Below are positions 46,815 to 56,007 of a stretch of 64,000 nucleotides of DNA, in pieces; the first letter of the stretch is position 1, and the number at the start of each line of letters is the position of its first letter. Made by a program: the position numbers and the translations under genes. Under the pieces are notes generated by a model. That model was not told where the DNA came from. It saw nothing but the letters and a program-made list of their open reading frames with translations, and made no database searches. The DNA comes from a virus: positions 82,618 through 146,617 of IMG/VR virus record IMGVR_UViG_3300045131_002929; one strand, 5' to 3'.

Positions 46815-47120
46815 ATGGGAACTCCGTTCGACAATCAGTTGGAAGACATGGCCCGCGAAGGCCTGAGGAAAAGGGCCGAACTGGAAAAGCAGGCCTTATG
46901 GCCCGCGCTCCTGCTTAACGGAATACCGCTGGCTGCGATGCTGTACGGCGGGCTCAAAGGCATAGGCGCGTGGGGCGATCTATGGGGCGGGCTCAAAGGC
47001 ACTCTAGGCGAAGGGTTCAAAAGTCTACAGGGCACGCTGGGCAAGGATAACGCGCCTTTCCTGCACGGAGTGGTCAAACCGCCGCCGGCCGGAACCGCCA
47101 AGCCGGGCACGGTCAAATAG
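46815..47120 (+). CDS. small K-x-A motif protein with hydrophobic Gly-rich segment
   Basis: MGTPFD...LRKRAELEKQA then LWPALLLNGIPLAAMLYGG. Confidence 0.7.
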   Translation: MGTPFDNQLEDMAREGLRKRAELEKQALWPALLLNGIPLAAMLYGGLKGIGAWGDLWGGLKGTLGEGFKSLQGTLGKDNAPFLHGVVKPPPAGTAKPGTVK

Positions 47121-47122
47121 CG

Positions 47123-47152
47123 CTCAAAAAAGAAAGCCAGTCTGGCATAATA
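47123..47152 (+). promoter_or_regulatory. candidate promoter NTYAAA-N17-CATAATA
   Basis: CTCAAA-N17-CATAATA. Confidence 0.4.
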
Positions 47153-47169
47153 GAATGTAGGCTCGATTT

Positions 47170-47204
47170 AGCCGTTCCGTTTTCGGAACGGCTTTTCTGT
47201 TTTT
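47170..47204 (+). terminator. intrinsic terminator
   Basis: AGCCGTTCCG-TTTT-CGGAACGGCT plus T-rich tail. Confidence 0.8.
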
Positions 47205-47439
47205 AACGGCAACAACAAAACAAGAGGGGGACCTATGAAGGAAGTGCTGTGGGGCGAGTACAAGCGGGCGGCCGACGACGCGGCTTATTGCGCGCGCGTG
47301 CTGGAGCGGGTGTGGTCAACGCCTGACAAGACGGAGTGGGCCGCCAGGGCGGCGGCCGCCGAGGCCAAGGCTGACGCCGCCTGGGGCATGTGGGCGGCGG
47401 CATGAGCAACTGACTCAAACGGAAAGAAAGGAAAAAAAG

Positions 47440-47718
47440 ATGACGCAAGATTCCGACGACATTACGCTGCTCGAGGACTATTCGGGCATGATCAAGTCCG
47501 GCGACTACGCGGACGCTGCGCACTTGCTGGCCGCGGGGAACGGCTTCTCGGCCCACTGGACGGGCACGGCCGTCGACCTGGACATGCTCGACGCGGCCGC
47601 GGCCGCGGACTTTCTGAAGTGGTTCGCGGGCTCGATCCACGGACTGAACGAGCGCGAGCTCATCGACAACCTGTGGCCAGCCAAGGGCGAGGATCCCGAC
47701 GACATGGACATCGAGTAA
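47440..47718 (+). CDS. hypothetical protein
   Basis: SD AAGGA; codon bias. Confidence 0.65.
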   Translation: MTQDSDDITLLEDYSGMIKSGDYADAAHLLAAGNGFSAHWTGTAVDLDMLDAAAAADFLKWFAGSIHGLNERELIDNLWPAKGEDPDDMDIE

Positions 47719-47729
47719 AGGAGCGGACG

Positions 47730-48113
47730 ATGGAGATCAAACTGACAAGGCTTGATAAGCCGGCGTTCATACCGGTGAGCGGGATGTCGTTCCACGGCTC
47801 GGCCGAGCTTATCGGCTGGTACGTGGCCGAAGCCACGGACCGCGGCAACATCCTGGCCGAGATCGACCCGGCCGACCTGGCCAAGGTAGGCATGGGCGAC
47901 CACGTGGACCGCGACGTGCCGCTGGTGGCGGTCATTTACACGGACGAGGACTACGTCAAGCACCTCGTCATCAAGTACCTGCTGGTCAACTACTCCAGCA
48001 AATACCACTACACGCTGGAAATGGCTATGGGCCAAGGGTCGGCCCATTTGAACAGCATGGTGCAGGCGCAGCTGACCCGCATGGGGGATCTTTGGTCGGA
48101 CGCGCTGAAGTGA
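47730..48113 (+). CDS. hypothetical protein
   Basis: SD AAGGAG before ATG 47730. Confidence 0.65.
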   Translation: MEIKLTRLDKPAFIPVSGMSFHGSAELIGWYVAEATDRGNILAEIDPADLAKVGMGDHVDRDVPLVAVIYTDEDYVKHLVIKYLLVNYSSKYHYTLEMAMGQGSAHLNSMVQAQLTRMGDLWSDALK

Positions 48114-48122
48114 CGGGCGGCC

Positions 48123-48776
48123 ATGTTTGATCTTAAGTTCCTTGAGATCGACTGCCCGGACCCGCTGTTCCTGCCTTTGCGCGGGACCGCCCACCTGAGC
48201 GTGGCCCGCAGCTTCATCCAGATGAGCTGCGCCGGCGGCGGCCCGGAGTGGGACTACGAGCTGGGCCGCAACGACTGCGACGCCCTGGCCTTCGAGCTGG
48301 CCGCGGCGGGCGTCGCCGAGCTGATGGTGGACAAGCCGGTCAGGCGGGCCGCGATGCAGCCGGGCCAGGCCTGCGTCAGGCTGCGGCCGACGCGGTCGGT
48401 CCGCAGGACCGTGATGGAGGCGCTGGACGAGGACCATAGCCGCTATGTCTACTACGAGGTCGGCAACGGCGACCTGGACGTGGTGGCGCGGATCACGCAG
48501 GCCGTGTGGCTGCCCGGCCAGGGCTACCAGCAGTTGCTGTACGCCACGGCCCATGCCGTGCACCTGACGCGGGTGCCGGCGGTCATGCTGGCGGTCGGCG
48601 ACAGCCAATATTACAGCCCGCGCAGCACGCTGCCGATGCGCGGCGCCGGGCCGCCGGTGCTGCTGGATGAGCTGCGCGACGCGGTGGCCGGCATGACCGC
48701 CGGCTGGCTTACGCTAAGGGGCGGGCCCAAAACGGGCGAGCGGATGGCCGCGACGGTACGATTATTAACAATGTAA
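48123..48776 (+). CDS. hypothetical protein
   Basis: Codon bias; ends VRLLTM. Confidence 0.6.
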   Translation: MFDLKFLEIDCPDPLFLPLRGTAHLSVARSFIQMSCAGGGPEWDYELGRNDCDALAFELAAAGVAELMVDKPVRRAAMQPGQACVRLRPTRSVRRTVMEALDEDHSRYVYYEVGNGDLDVVARITQAVWLPGQGYQQLLYATAHAVHLTRVPAVMLAVGDSQYYSPRSTLPMRGAGPPVLLDELRDAVAGMTAGWLTLRGGPKTGERMAATVRLLTM

Positions 48777-48790
48777 ACGGGAGTTTTATT

Positions 48791-50083
48791 ATGGATATCA
48801 CGCACGCGCAGCTCAAGTCGTTCATCCCCGCCGGCCGCCGCGCCGGCCAGGCCATCTTCCTCGCCGGCGCCCCGGGCATCGGCAAATCGCAGGCCATCCG
48901 CGAGGAGGCCGTCGCCAGGGCCAAGGAGATCGGCCGCGAGTTCATCGAATGGAACAAGCAGTCATACGAGATGAAGTGCCTGCTCGCGGACGGCGCCGAG
49001 GCCGCCCGCTACTACGTATATGTGGACCTGCGCCTGGGCCAGATGGACCTGGGCCAATTGTTCATACAGGCGCTCAACGACAAAAAATATATGCAGATGA
49101 AATACCTGGACGCCTTCGTGGCCCTGAGCCACAAGGACGTCGAGGGCATGTTGTTTCTGGACGAGTTCAACCTGGCCAGCCGGGTGGTCATGGGGTCGTG
49201 CTACCAGCTGATCCTGGACAAGGGCATCGGCTCGCTGACGCTGGCGCCGGGGGTGCAGATCGTGGCCGCGGGCAACCGCAAGGCCGACATGTGCAACGTG
49301 ACGCAGATGCCGCCGGCGCTAGTCAACCGGATGGCGATGTTCACGCTGGACAAGCCGACCACGTCGGCCTGGATCGACTGGGCCTGCGCCCATTCCATCC
49401 GGCCCGACATCATGAGCTTCCTGCTACAGCACCCGGACCTGCTCACGGCGGAGCCGTCCAAGACCGGGGCCAACGACGCCAGCTTCGCCACGCCGCGCAG
49501 CTGGGAGGCGACCAGCAACATGCTTGACGCCCTGGCCTACGCCAAGGCGGACAAGGATGGCGAGCCGGTCCGGCGCGAGCTGACGATGGACGACGCCATG
49601 CTGGCGGCCGCGTCGCTGGTGGGCGACAGCCACGCCACGATGTTCGCGGCCTTCTGCATGAACACGCAGACGCTGGACGCCGACGCCATCCTGGCCCGGC
49701 CCGAGTCCGTCAACAATGTTGGCCGCCGGCCCGACGGCAGCGTGGACTTTTCCGTAAGGTGGTCCATCGTGGCCGCCGTGGCCGACCGCGTCAAGACGGA
49801 GGCGTCGCGCAAGACGAAGGCCACCGTGGTCCTGAAGCGGGCCGTCCTGGTGGCCAGCGCGATCGAGGAGGGCGAGCTGGCCGTGGAGCTGTGCCGCTTC
49901 CTACGGGTGTGCGGCGGCCTGGAGCCGTTCAAGAACGCGGTGATGAGCCTGGCGCACGGCGTCGGCCCGCAGACGCCCCCGGACTCGCCGGACATACCGG
50001 CCGCGTATAAGGCCGACTTCGCGATCTTCGCCAGGCTCATGCGGCTGGCGAACATACAGGAAATGGCGAAAAACGTGGAGTGA
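48791..50083 (+). CDS. MoxR/dynein-related AAA+ ATPase
   Basis: GAPGIGKS, LFLDEFN, AAGNR, ALVNRM, ATPRSWE. Confidence 0.88.
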   Translation: MDITHAQLKSFIPAGRRAGQAIFLAGAPGIGKSQAIREEAVARAKEIGREFIEWNKQSYEMKCLLADGAEAARYYVYVDLRLGQMDLGQLFIQALNDKKYMQMKYLDAFVALSHKDVEGMLFLDEFNLASRVVMGSCYQLILDKGIGSLTLAPGVQIVAAGNRKADMCNVTQMPPALVNRMAMFTLDKPTTSAWIDWACAHSIRPDIMSFLLQHPDLLTAEPSKTGANDASFATPRSWEATSNMLDALAYAKADKDGEPVRRELTMDDAMLAAASLVGDSHATMFAAFCMNTQTLDADAILARPESVNNVGRRPDGSVDFSVRWSIVAAVADRVKTEASRKTKATVVLKRAVLVASAIEEGELAVELCRFLRVCGGLEPFKNAVMSLAHGVGPQTPPDSPDIPAAYKADFAIFARLMRLANIQEMAKNVE

Positions 50084-51462
50084 CTATGGCCAAAACAAAT
50101 CCGGATAGCTTGGTCAAGTTCGGCGGGCCGCACGCGGACTGGGTGCGGCTCAAGGCGTCGGCGGCCGAGATCATCGTGTTCGCGAAGGCGGCGCTGCTGG
50201 ACAAGCACCCGTTCTTCGGCGGCCTGACCGCGGGCATGCGGGCCGTGGTCGACCCGGGCACGCCCACGATGGGCGTGGCCGCCACGGACACGCTGTATTA
50301 CAACCCCGATTTCGTGCGCAGCCTGTCCGCGCCGGAGGCCGTGGGCGTCATGGCCCACGAGGTCATGCACGTGGCGCTGAAGCACGTGCTGCGCGCGCCG
50401 AAGATGGACCGGACGTGGAACATATCCGCGGACCTGGTGATCAACGCCATGCTGCTGCATGTCGGATTCAAGCTGCCGGCGGGCGGCGTGCTGCCGGACG
50501 GCGACGACAAGTACGCGTTCACGGCGGACCCGGCCAAGTGCGCCGCCCACGTGTTCCCCGACTGGGCCGGCTTCGAGCTCGCGCAGGGCGCGGCCGGCGT
50601 GACGATATCGAACTGCCGCGCCCGCCACATGGAGGAGGTGCACCGGCTGTTTACGGCCGTGTGCCGCGACGACCCGGACCAGCGCGGCGATGGCGACGGC
50701 AAGGCGGGCGAAGGCGAGGGCAAGGGCGACGGCGACCTGCCGGGCCGGCCCATCGACTCGCATGACTGGCGGCCGCCAGCCGACGAGGCCGAGCATGCCA
50801 AGGCGGAGCGGGCCGTCAACATGCGGGTGGCGCAGGCCGTGGACGCCGCCAAGCGCAAGGGCAGCATGCCCGGCGACTTGGAGCTCATGGTGACCGCCCT
50901 GCTGGAGCCCAAGGTGCGCTGGCAGGACGTGCTGCGCAACTACATGACGGCGGCGCTGTCCGACGAGCAGACGTGGGCCCGGCCGGGGCGGAGCTCGTTC
51001 GGGCTGGGCATGTACATGCCGGGCAAGGCCCGCGACGGCGGCGTCGAGTGCGTGATCCACATCGACACCAGCGGCTCGTGCTTCCAGCAGGGCCCGGAGT
51101 TCCTGTCGGAGGTCGTCGGCATCATGCGCGACGCGCAGGCCACCGGCCACCTGCTAATGTGCGACGCGGCCATCGCCGGGGAGTGGGACCTTGAGAGCCT
51201 GGACGCGGCCTTCGCGATGCCCAGCATCAAGGGCGGCGGCGGGACCAGCCACAAGCCGGTCGTGGACTGGATCCTGGAGCGGGCGCCGGACTGCAAGCTG
51301 CTGGTCACGCTGACCGACGGCTGCAGCGACATGCCCACGACGCTGCCGCTGCTGGGCCGCCATACGAGCGTGATCATCGCGCTGCCGGTCGACTGCGTGG
51401 GCACGGCCCCGCGGCTGGACCATCTCGGCACGGTGCTGCCCATTGAGTCCGACGCGTGCTGA
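50080..51462 (+). CDS. DUF2201-type metallopeptidase plus vWA domain protein
   Basis: AHEVMHV zincin motif, WNISADLVIN, MIDAS IDTSGS, GGGGTS, LTDG. Confidence 0.85.
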   Translation: MTMAKTNPDSLVKFGGPHADWVRLKASAAEIIVFAKAALLDKHPFFGGLTAGMRAVVDPGTPTMGVAATDTLYYNPDFVRSLSAPEAVGVMAHEVMHVALKHVLRAPKMDRTWNISADLVINAMLLHVGFKLPAGGVLPDGDDKYAFTADPAKCAAHVFPDWAGFELAQGAAGVTISNCRARHMEEVHRLFTAVCRDDPDQRGDGDGKAGEGEGKGDGDLPGRPIDSHDWRPPADEAEHAKAERAVNMRVAQAVDAAKRKGSMPGDLELMVTALLEPKVRWQDVLRNYMTAALSDEQTWARPGRSSFGLGMYMPGKARDGGVECVIHIDTSGSCFQQGPEFLSEVVGIMRDAQATGHLLMCDAAIAGEWDLESLDAAFAMPSIKGGGGTSHKPVVDWILERAPDCKLLVTLTDGCSDMPTTLPLLGRHTSVIIALPVDCVGTAPRLDHLGTVLPIESDAC

Positions 51463-52019
51463 TAGAGCTGCGCGACGCGGCCGGGCTGGCGTACGAGCTG
51501 ATAAGGGTCGACCGCGGCGTGGCGCTGCGCTGGCCGGGGCCGGGGCTGCTGTTCATGCCGTTCCTGCTGGACGCCGGCCACGAGGCGGAGGCGGCGGAGC
51601 GCGTGACCTGGCGGCTGCACTCGCGGGCGCTGGCCCGGCTGTGGCTGGGCGGCGCGGCGCGGGTCAGGCTGCCCGGCCGGCCCGAGCTGACGTGCGCCAC
51701 CGACCTGACAGCCATGCTCGAGAAGTCCGAGGCGCTGCCGCCGCCGGCGTCGCCGCCGGACGCCTACGCGGTGTACGAGGAGTACGGCGAGGTGCGGCGG
51801 GTGTGGCTGAAGCGCGGCGGCTACTCGTCGACCTGCGCGCCCGTGCTGGCCACGCTGGCCCGCGACGGCCAGGGCGGCGACACGGCGCTATGGCCCACGG
51901 AGCCCACGCCGATGCGCGAGCGGCCGGGGCGGGTCACGGCCTGCCGCGGCAGGCGGGCCGCCGACGCGATGCTGCTACTAGAGAGGGAAGAGGCGCGTAC
52001 GCTATTGGGCGAAATGTGA
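51456..52019 (+). CDS. hypothetical protein ending ARTLLGEM
   Basis: Overlapping start; C-terminus resembles the tag array at 61.4-63.7 kb. Confidence 0.55.
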   Translation: MLIELRDAAGLAYELIRVDRGVALRWPGPGLLFMPFLLDAGHEAEAAERVTWRLHSRALARLWLGGAARVRLPGRPELTCATDLTAMLEKSEALPPPASPPDAYAVYEEYGEVRRVWLKRGGYSSTCAPVLATLARDGQGGDTALWPTEPTPMRERPGRVTACRGRRAADAMLLLEREEARTLLGEM

Positions 52020-52167
52020 AAAAGTAAAGGGGATTGGCGATGAGCGACGCACTTGCGCGTAGCAGAAAGGTAGCAGTAGTAGCATGACGCAAACGATAAA
52101 GCTGACGCTGATGTGCGACGTGTCGTGCGGCGAGCTGAACGCGCAAACCAAACAATAAGGAGTCAAA

Positions 52168-52419
52168 ATGGCCAAGATCATAACTGACAAGGAATTGCTA
52201 AAGGTGCTGGGTGGCATCATGAGTGCCACGGATGACAGGCAGACGTACTCGCGGCTGCTGGAGGATCTGGCGACCGTGGCGGCCGACTACACCGGCTGCG
52301 AGGTGGGCACGGTGAGCCCGCCCGACGACATCGTGGCCGCGTGGACCGTGGGCATAAGGGCGGGCGACGACCCGCTGCCGGAATTCTGGGCTAAATATGA
52401 CAAGGACGGCGAACTATGA
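52168..52419 (+). CDS. small hypothetical protein
   Basis: SD AAGGAG. Confidence 0.65.
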   Translation: MAKIITDKELLKVLGGIMSATDDRQTYSRLLEDLATVAADYTGCEVGTVSPPDDIVAAWTVGIRAGDDPLPEFWAKYDKDGEL

Positions 52420-52591
52420 TCGAGGTAAGAATCGAGCGGGTGTTCGAGATCGTAATCGGCGACACCAGCGCCAAGCTGAGCGAGTCGGAGGCGCGCGACC
52501 TGGAGACCTGCCTGGCGGTCGCGCTGGCCATGCCGGCCAAGGTGGCCAAGCGCGGGCCGGGCAGGCCGCGGAAGCCGAAAGGCGGCGCGCA

Positions 52592-52840
52592 ATGACTACG
52601 CCGCGCACGCTGACGATCATCCGCGACGACAAGTGCTGCTCGTCCGAGTGCCGTTGGCTGTGGGCCAGCACGTGCCTGCTGTTCCGGGACAACGGCGAGC
52701 CGCAGCACCTGTTCAAGAACGGCGACAGCCACACCCCATGCCCGGACTGCGACTACGCCATGGAGAACCTGGCGGACTTCCGGGCGCGGCGGCAGGCGCA
52801 GCAGGACGTCCTCGAGGACAACCTGGCGGTGTTTATATGA
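52592..52840 (+). CDS. small Cys-rich protein
   Basis: CCSSEC...C...CPDC; ATGA overlaps with neighbours. Confidence 0.5.
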   Translation: MTTPRTLTIIRDDKCCSSECRWLWASTCLLFRDNGEPQHLFKNGDSHTPCPDCDYAMENLADFRARRQAQQDVLEDNLAVFI

Positions 52841-53655
52841 CTGAGACGGACTATAAGACACTGGCCAGCGATCTGGCGCTAAAGCTCGTCACGGAGCAGG
52901 CCAAGCGCGAGGCCGCCTTGTTGCGGTACGCGGCCGCCGAGAAGGCGCTGGCCGAGGAGAAGGCGGCCCGGCAGGAGATGCAGACGCTCTGGTCCGCTAC
53001 GCTGAGGAGCCAGGCGGCTAGCGCGGCCAGCGCCGCCGAGAAGGCCCTGGCCGAGGAGCAGGTCAGGCTCAAGGACGTGAAGAGGGAGCTGGCGGCTAAG
53101 CAGGCCAAGTGCGAGGCCATGGCGCGGGAGCTGGTGGATGAGCATGCCCTTATGATGGAGGCCAAGGGCCTGCGCGAGAATGCCGAGGAGGCGTTGGCCA
53201 GGGAGACGGCCCGGGCCGAGGCCGCCGAGCAGGCGCTGAAGGCACTGAAGGCGCTGACCGAGAAGATGGCCACCGAGAAGTTCCGGCACGAGGTCGACGA
53301 GAGGGCCTCCACCACCATCGACTGGATGAATGCCTCTGACGAGCTGGAGGCCGCGCTGCGCGCTGAGGCCGCCGCTGCCGTCGATGAGGCCCTCGAGAGG
53401 GCCGACCGGCTGACCGGCCGGTGGACGGCCGTCCCGCTCGTGGACGCGGATGGCAACCCGACCGCATGGCCCAACTACGCGGTCAGCATCGCTGGCGAGG
53501 ATGGCGCGGCAGCCATAGCGGCCGACATATCCACCCTAAAGGCCCACGAGCAGGCCATCACCGATGCATGCACGGAGCAGCTGCTCAAGAATATGGGCTT
53601 GACGTCGAATCCGCCGCCCACGTCCATCGGAGTCGACGTCAGGAGCGTAGGGTGA
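52837..53655 (+). CDS. coiled-coil protein with internal AAEKALAEE repeats
   Basis: Heptad-rich sequence; start at ATG 52837. Confidence 0.6.
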   Translation: MTETDYKTLASDLALKLVTEQAKREAALLRYAAAEKALAEEKAARQEMQTLWSATLRSQAASAASAAEKALAEEQVRLKDVKRELAAKQAKCEAMARELVDEHALMMEAKGLRENAEEALARETARAEAAEQALKALKALTEKMATEKFRHEVDERASTTIDWMNASDELEAALRAEAAAAVDEALERADRLTGRWTAVPLVDADGNPTAWPNYAVSIAGEDGAAAIAADISTLKAHEQAITDACTEQLLKNMGLTSNPPPTSIGVDVRSVG

Positions 53656-53863
53656 ACGACGGCTGGCTGGTCGCCGTGCTCAAGGCCAAGGCCGAGTACG
53701 AGCAAGCGGCGACGCAGGCCAAGGCCGCGGACTCGGCCGACCTGTATCGCATCAGGTCGATCTACGCGGCGATGGAGAAGCGGCAAGCGGCCGTGCTGGC
53801 CAAGGCCCGCGCGTGGGCGCAGGCCGTGCGTGATAGCAAACAAGACGAAGAAGGGAGCGCGGT

Positions 53864-54457
53864 GTGATGGAAATGACGGTGACGAAGACGCACGAGGCCG
53901 GCTACGCCCAGGCGCTGCACGGCCTGGGGCTGCCCAAGGGGCTTACGAGCCGGGTCAGCCCCGAGGCGGTCGCCGAGTCGCTGGCTATGGCCGCGGGCGG
54001 CGACACGCTGGGCGACAGGCTGATCCGCGTGTCGGTGAAGTGCGCCAGGGCGGGCAACGGCCATGAGTCGTACCTGGAGCTGATCCAGACGTGGTGGCTG
54101 ATCCGCGCGCCGCTGTTCTTCTGGCGGCAGATGGACCGCTACCGGATGAAGTCGCAGATTTCGGAGTCGACGATGCATACGCTGCGCGGCCAGGAGCTGG
54201 GCCAGGGCGACTTCCTGCACAGGCTCGACGAGGCCGAGCTGGATCGGCTGAACGCCATGATACGGGACCCGACCGCGGACAGCGAGGCCATCGCCGCCAG
54301 GCTGCCCAACGGGTTCATGCAGTCGCGGGCGGTGTGCGCCAACTACCGCGAGCTGGCCGCCATCATGCGCCAGCGCAAGGAGCATAAACTGGGGGTCTGG
54401 CGGACGCTCACCGACGAGGTGGCGCGCCAAGTGGACCACCCGGAACTACTTACATAG
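53864..54457 (+). CDS. ThyX/Thy1-like flavin-dependent thymidylate synthase homolog (divergent)
   Basis: GHESYLE, IRAPLFFWRQMDRYR, SESTMH, LPNGF, NYREL, QRKEH; adjacent to dUTPase. Confidence 0.6.
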   Translation: MMEMTVTKTHEAGYAQALHGLGLPKGLTSRVSPEAVAESLAMAAGGDTLGDRLIRVSVKCARAGNGHESYLELIQTWWLIRAPLFFWRQMDRYRMKSQISESTMHTLRGQELGQGDFLHRLDEAELDRLNAMIRDPTADSEAIAARLPNGFMQSRAVCANYRELAAIMRQRKEHKLGVWRTLTDEVARQVDHPELLT

Positions 54458-54466
54458 GACAGCGAC

Positions 54467-54910
54467 ATGAGCGGACAAAAGAAACTCGTCATCGAATTCG
54501 CCATGGCGCCGGGCTGCGAGGACCTGGTGCCGACGCAGGCCAACCCGGACGACACCGGCTGGGACGTCAAACTGTCGATGGACTGGCTGGTCCGGGCCAA
54601 CGTGCCGACCGTCATGCCGACGGGCGTCGTGGCGCACCCGCCGGCCGGCTACGGCTTCACGCTGCGGCCCCGCAGCGGCCACACGTCGCGCGGGCAGCTG
54701 GTGCAGCTGGGCACGATAGACCACGGCTACGTCGGTGAGATCGGCGTCATCATGTTCTCCAACCGGCACATCCAGTTCCACCGCGGCGACAGCGTCGCCC
54801 AGCTGGTGCTGGAAAAGGTGCACGCCGCGACGGCCGTGGTCGTGCCGTGGGACACTAAACGCGAGACGGCCCGCGGCGCCAAGGGCTTCGGCAGCAGCGA
54901 CGCGCCATGA
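54467..54910 (+). CDS. dut: trimeric dUTPase
   Basis: Motifs GWDV, PRSG, GTIDHGYVGEI, GDSVAQL, RGAKGFGSS. Confidence 0.92.
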   Translation: MSGQKKLVIEFAMAPGCEDLVPTQANPDDTGWDVKLSMDWLVRANVPTVMPTGVVAHPPAGYGFTLRPRSGHTSRGQLVQLGTIDHGYVGEIGVIMFSNRHIQFHRGDSVAQLVLEKVHAATAVVVPWDTKRETARGAKGFGSSDAP

Positions 54911-55128
54911 AAGTCAAGCATAACGGCGTCATGGTGGACGTCTGCGAGAAGGGCTGCCCGGGCTACGCGTGCTTCTGGCCGCGCACCGACCCGGGCGTGT
55001 TCACGCAGGGCCAGGGCTACAAGTCGCGCGGCAGCGGCCCGGCGGGCTGGCTGTGCGGCACCCGGGAGATCCACGGATGCCCGGACAAGCCGGTGAGGAC
55101 AACAACCACAACCAAGGAAAAGCTATGA
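54907..55128 (+). CDS. small Cys-containing protein
   Basis: ATGA overlap; four Cys. Confidence 0.55.
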   Translation: MKVKHNGVMVDVCEKGCPGYACFWPRTDPGVFTQGQGYKSRGSGPAGWLCGTREIHGCPDKPVRTTTTTKEKL

Positions 55129-55325
55129 ACGAGAACAGGATGGCGAAGCTGCGGGACCTGCTGCGCGTGCAGGACCTCGACGGAAACTGGGACGCCAGCA
55201 GTTACATGCGCGGGCTGCGGAACGGGCTGGAGCTGGCGTTGGCCGTGCTCGAGGACCGCGAGCCGGCCTACAAGGAGGCCGCCGCCTTCAAGGCTATCAA
55301 GGAACGCGAGGCGACCGCGCCATGA
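55125..55325 (+). CDS. small hypothetical protein
   Basis: SD AAGGA; GNWD..YMRGLRNGLELA. Confidence 0.6.
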   Translation: MNENRMAKLRDLLRVQDLDGNWDASSYMRGLRNGLELALAVLEDREPAYKEAAAFKAIKEREATAP

Positions 55326-55350
55326 GCATCCTGGCGAAGGAGGCGGCTCC

Positions 55351-55587
55351 GTGAAAGATCCACTGTCCAGGATCGCCAAGCTGTGCAGAGACAACATAGC
55401 GGCGTTCGGCAAGAGCTACGACCCGCGCTACCCGGCCAAGCCGGGCCAGGCCAAGGGCCGGCCGATGACCGGCGCCAAGGCGGAGGGCGCCGGAGTGGCC
55501 GCGTGCGCCGAGGAGGTGCTCGCGGAGATACGGGCCATCAGGCGGGAGAACAGGCGGCAGGCGGATAGTCAAAAGGAGCTTAGATGA
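55351..55587 (+). CDS. small hypothetical protein
   Basis: SD AAGGAGG before GTG. Confidence 0.55.
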   Translation: MKDPLSRIAKLCRDNIAAFGKSYDPRYPAKPGQAKGRPMTGAKAEGAGVAACAEEVLAEIRAIRRENRRQADSQKELR

Positions 55588-55934
55588 AGACCACCGTAAT
55601 CAAGATAACCCGATTGGAGATCGAAAACAACCGCGGCCAGAAACTGCAGCTGGATCCGGACGAGGCGTTGGCCCTGGCCGACAAGCTGCCGGCGATCCTG
55701 GTGGACATGGGCATCGACACGGACATCAAGCGGCAGGCCGCGGCGCTCGAGACGATCTGCCCGTGGTGCGGCGGCAGGAAGAAGCCGGATCACCATATCT
55801 GCAAAAAGTGTGCCGCAGCCCTCGACGACGGCATCCACACCGAAATCGCTCAGGCCAAACACAAACATTCCATGGACGAGGCCGCGTACCACGCCGCTGT
55901 CAAGGAGATTTGGAAGCGCGAGGCCGCGCGATGA
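55584..55934 (+). CDS. Zn-finger protein
   Basis: CPWC...CKKC; SD AAGGAG. Confidence 0.6.
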   Translation: MKTTVIKITRLEIENNRGQKLQLDPDEALALADKLPAILVDMGIDTDIKRQAAALETICPWCGGRKKPDHHICKKCAAALDDGIHTEIAQAKHKHSMDEAAYHAAVKEIWKREAAR

Positions 55935-56007
55935 GCGACGACGCGCCGCTGACCATCGAGTCGGACGGCGGCGTGCTGATGCACGGCGGCCGCACGGTCC
56001 GCATCCA

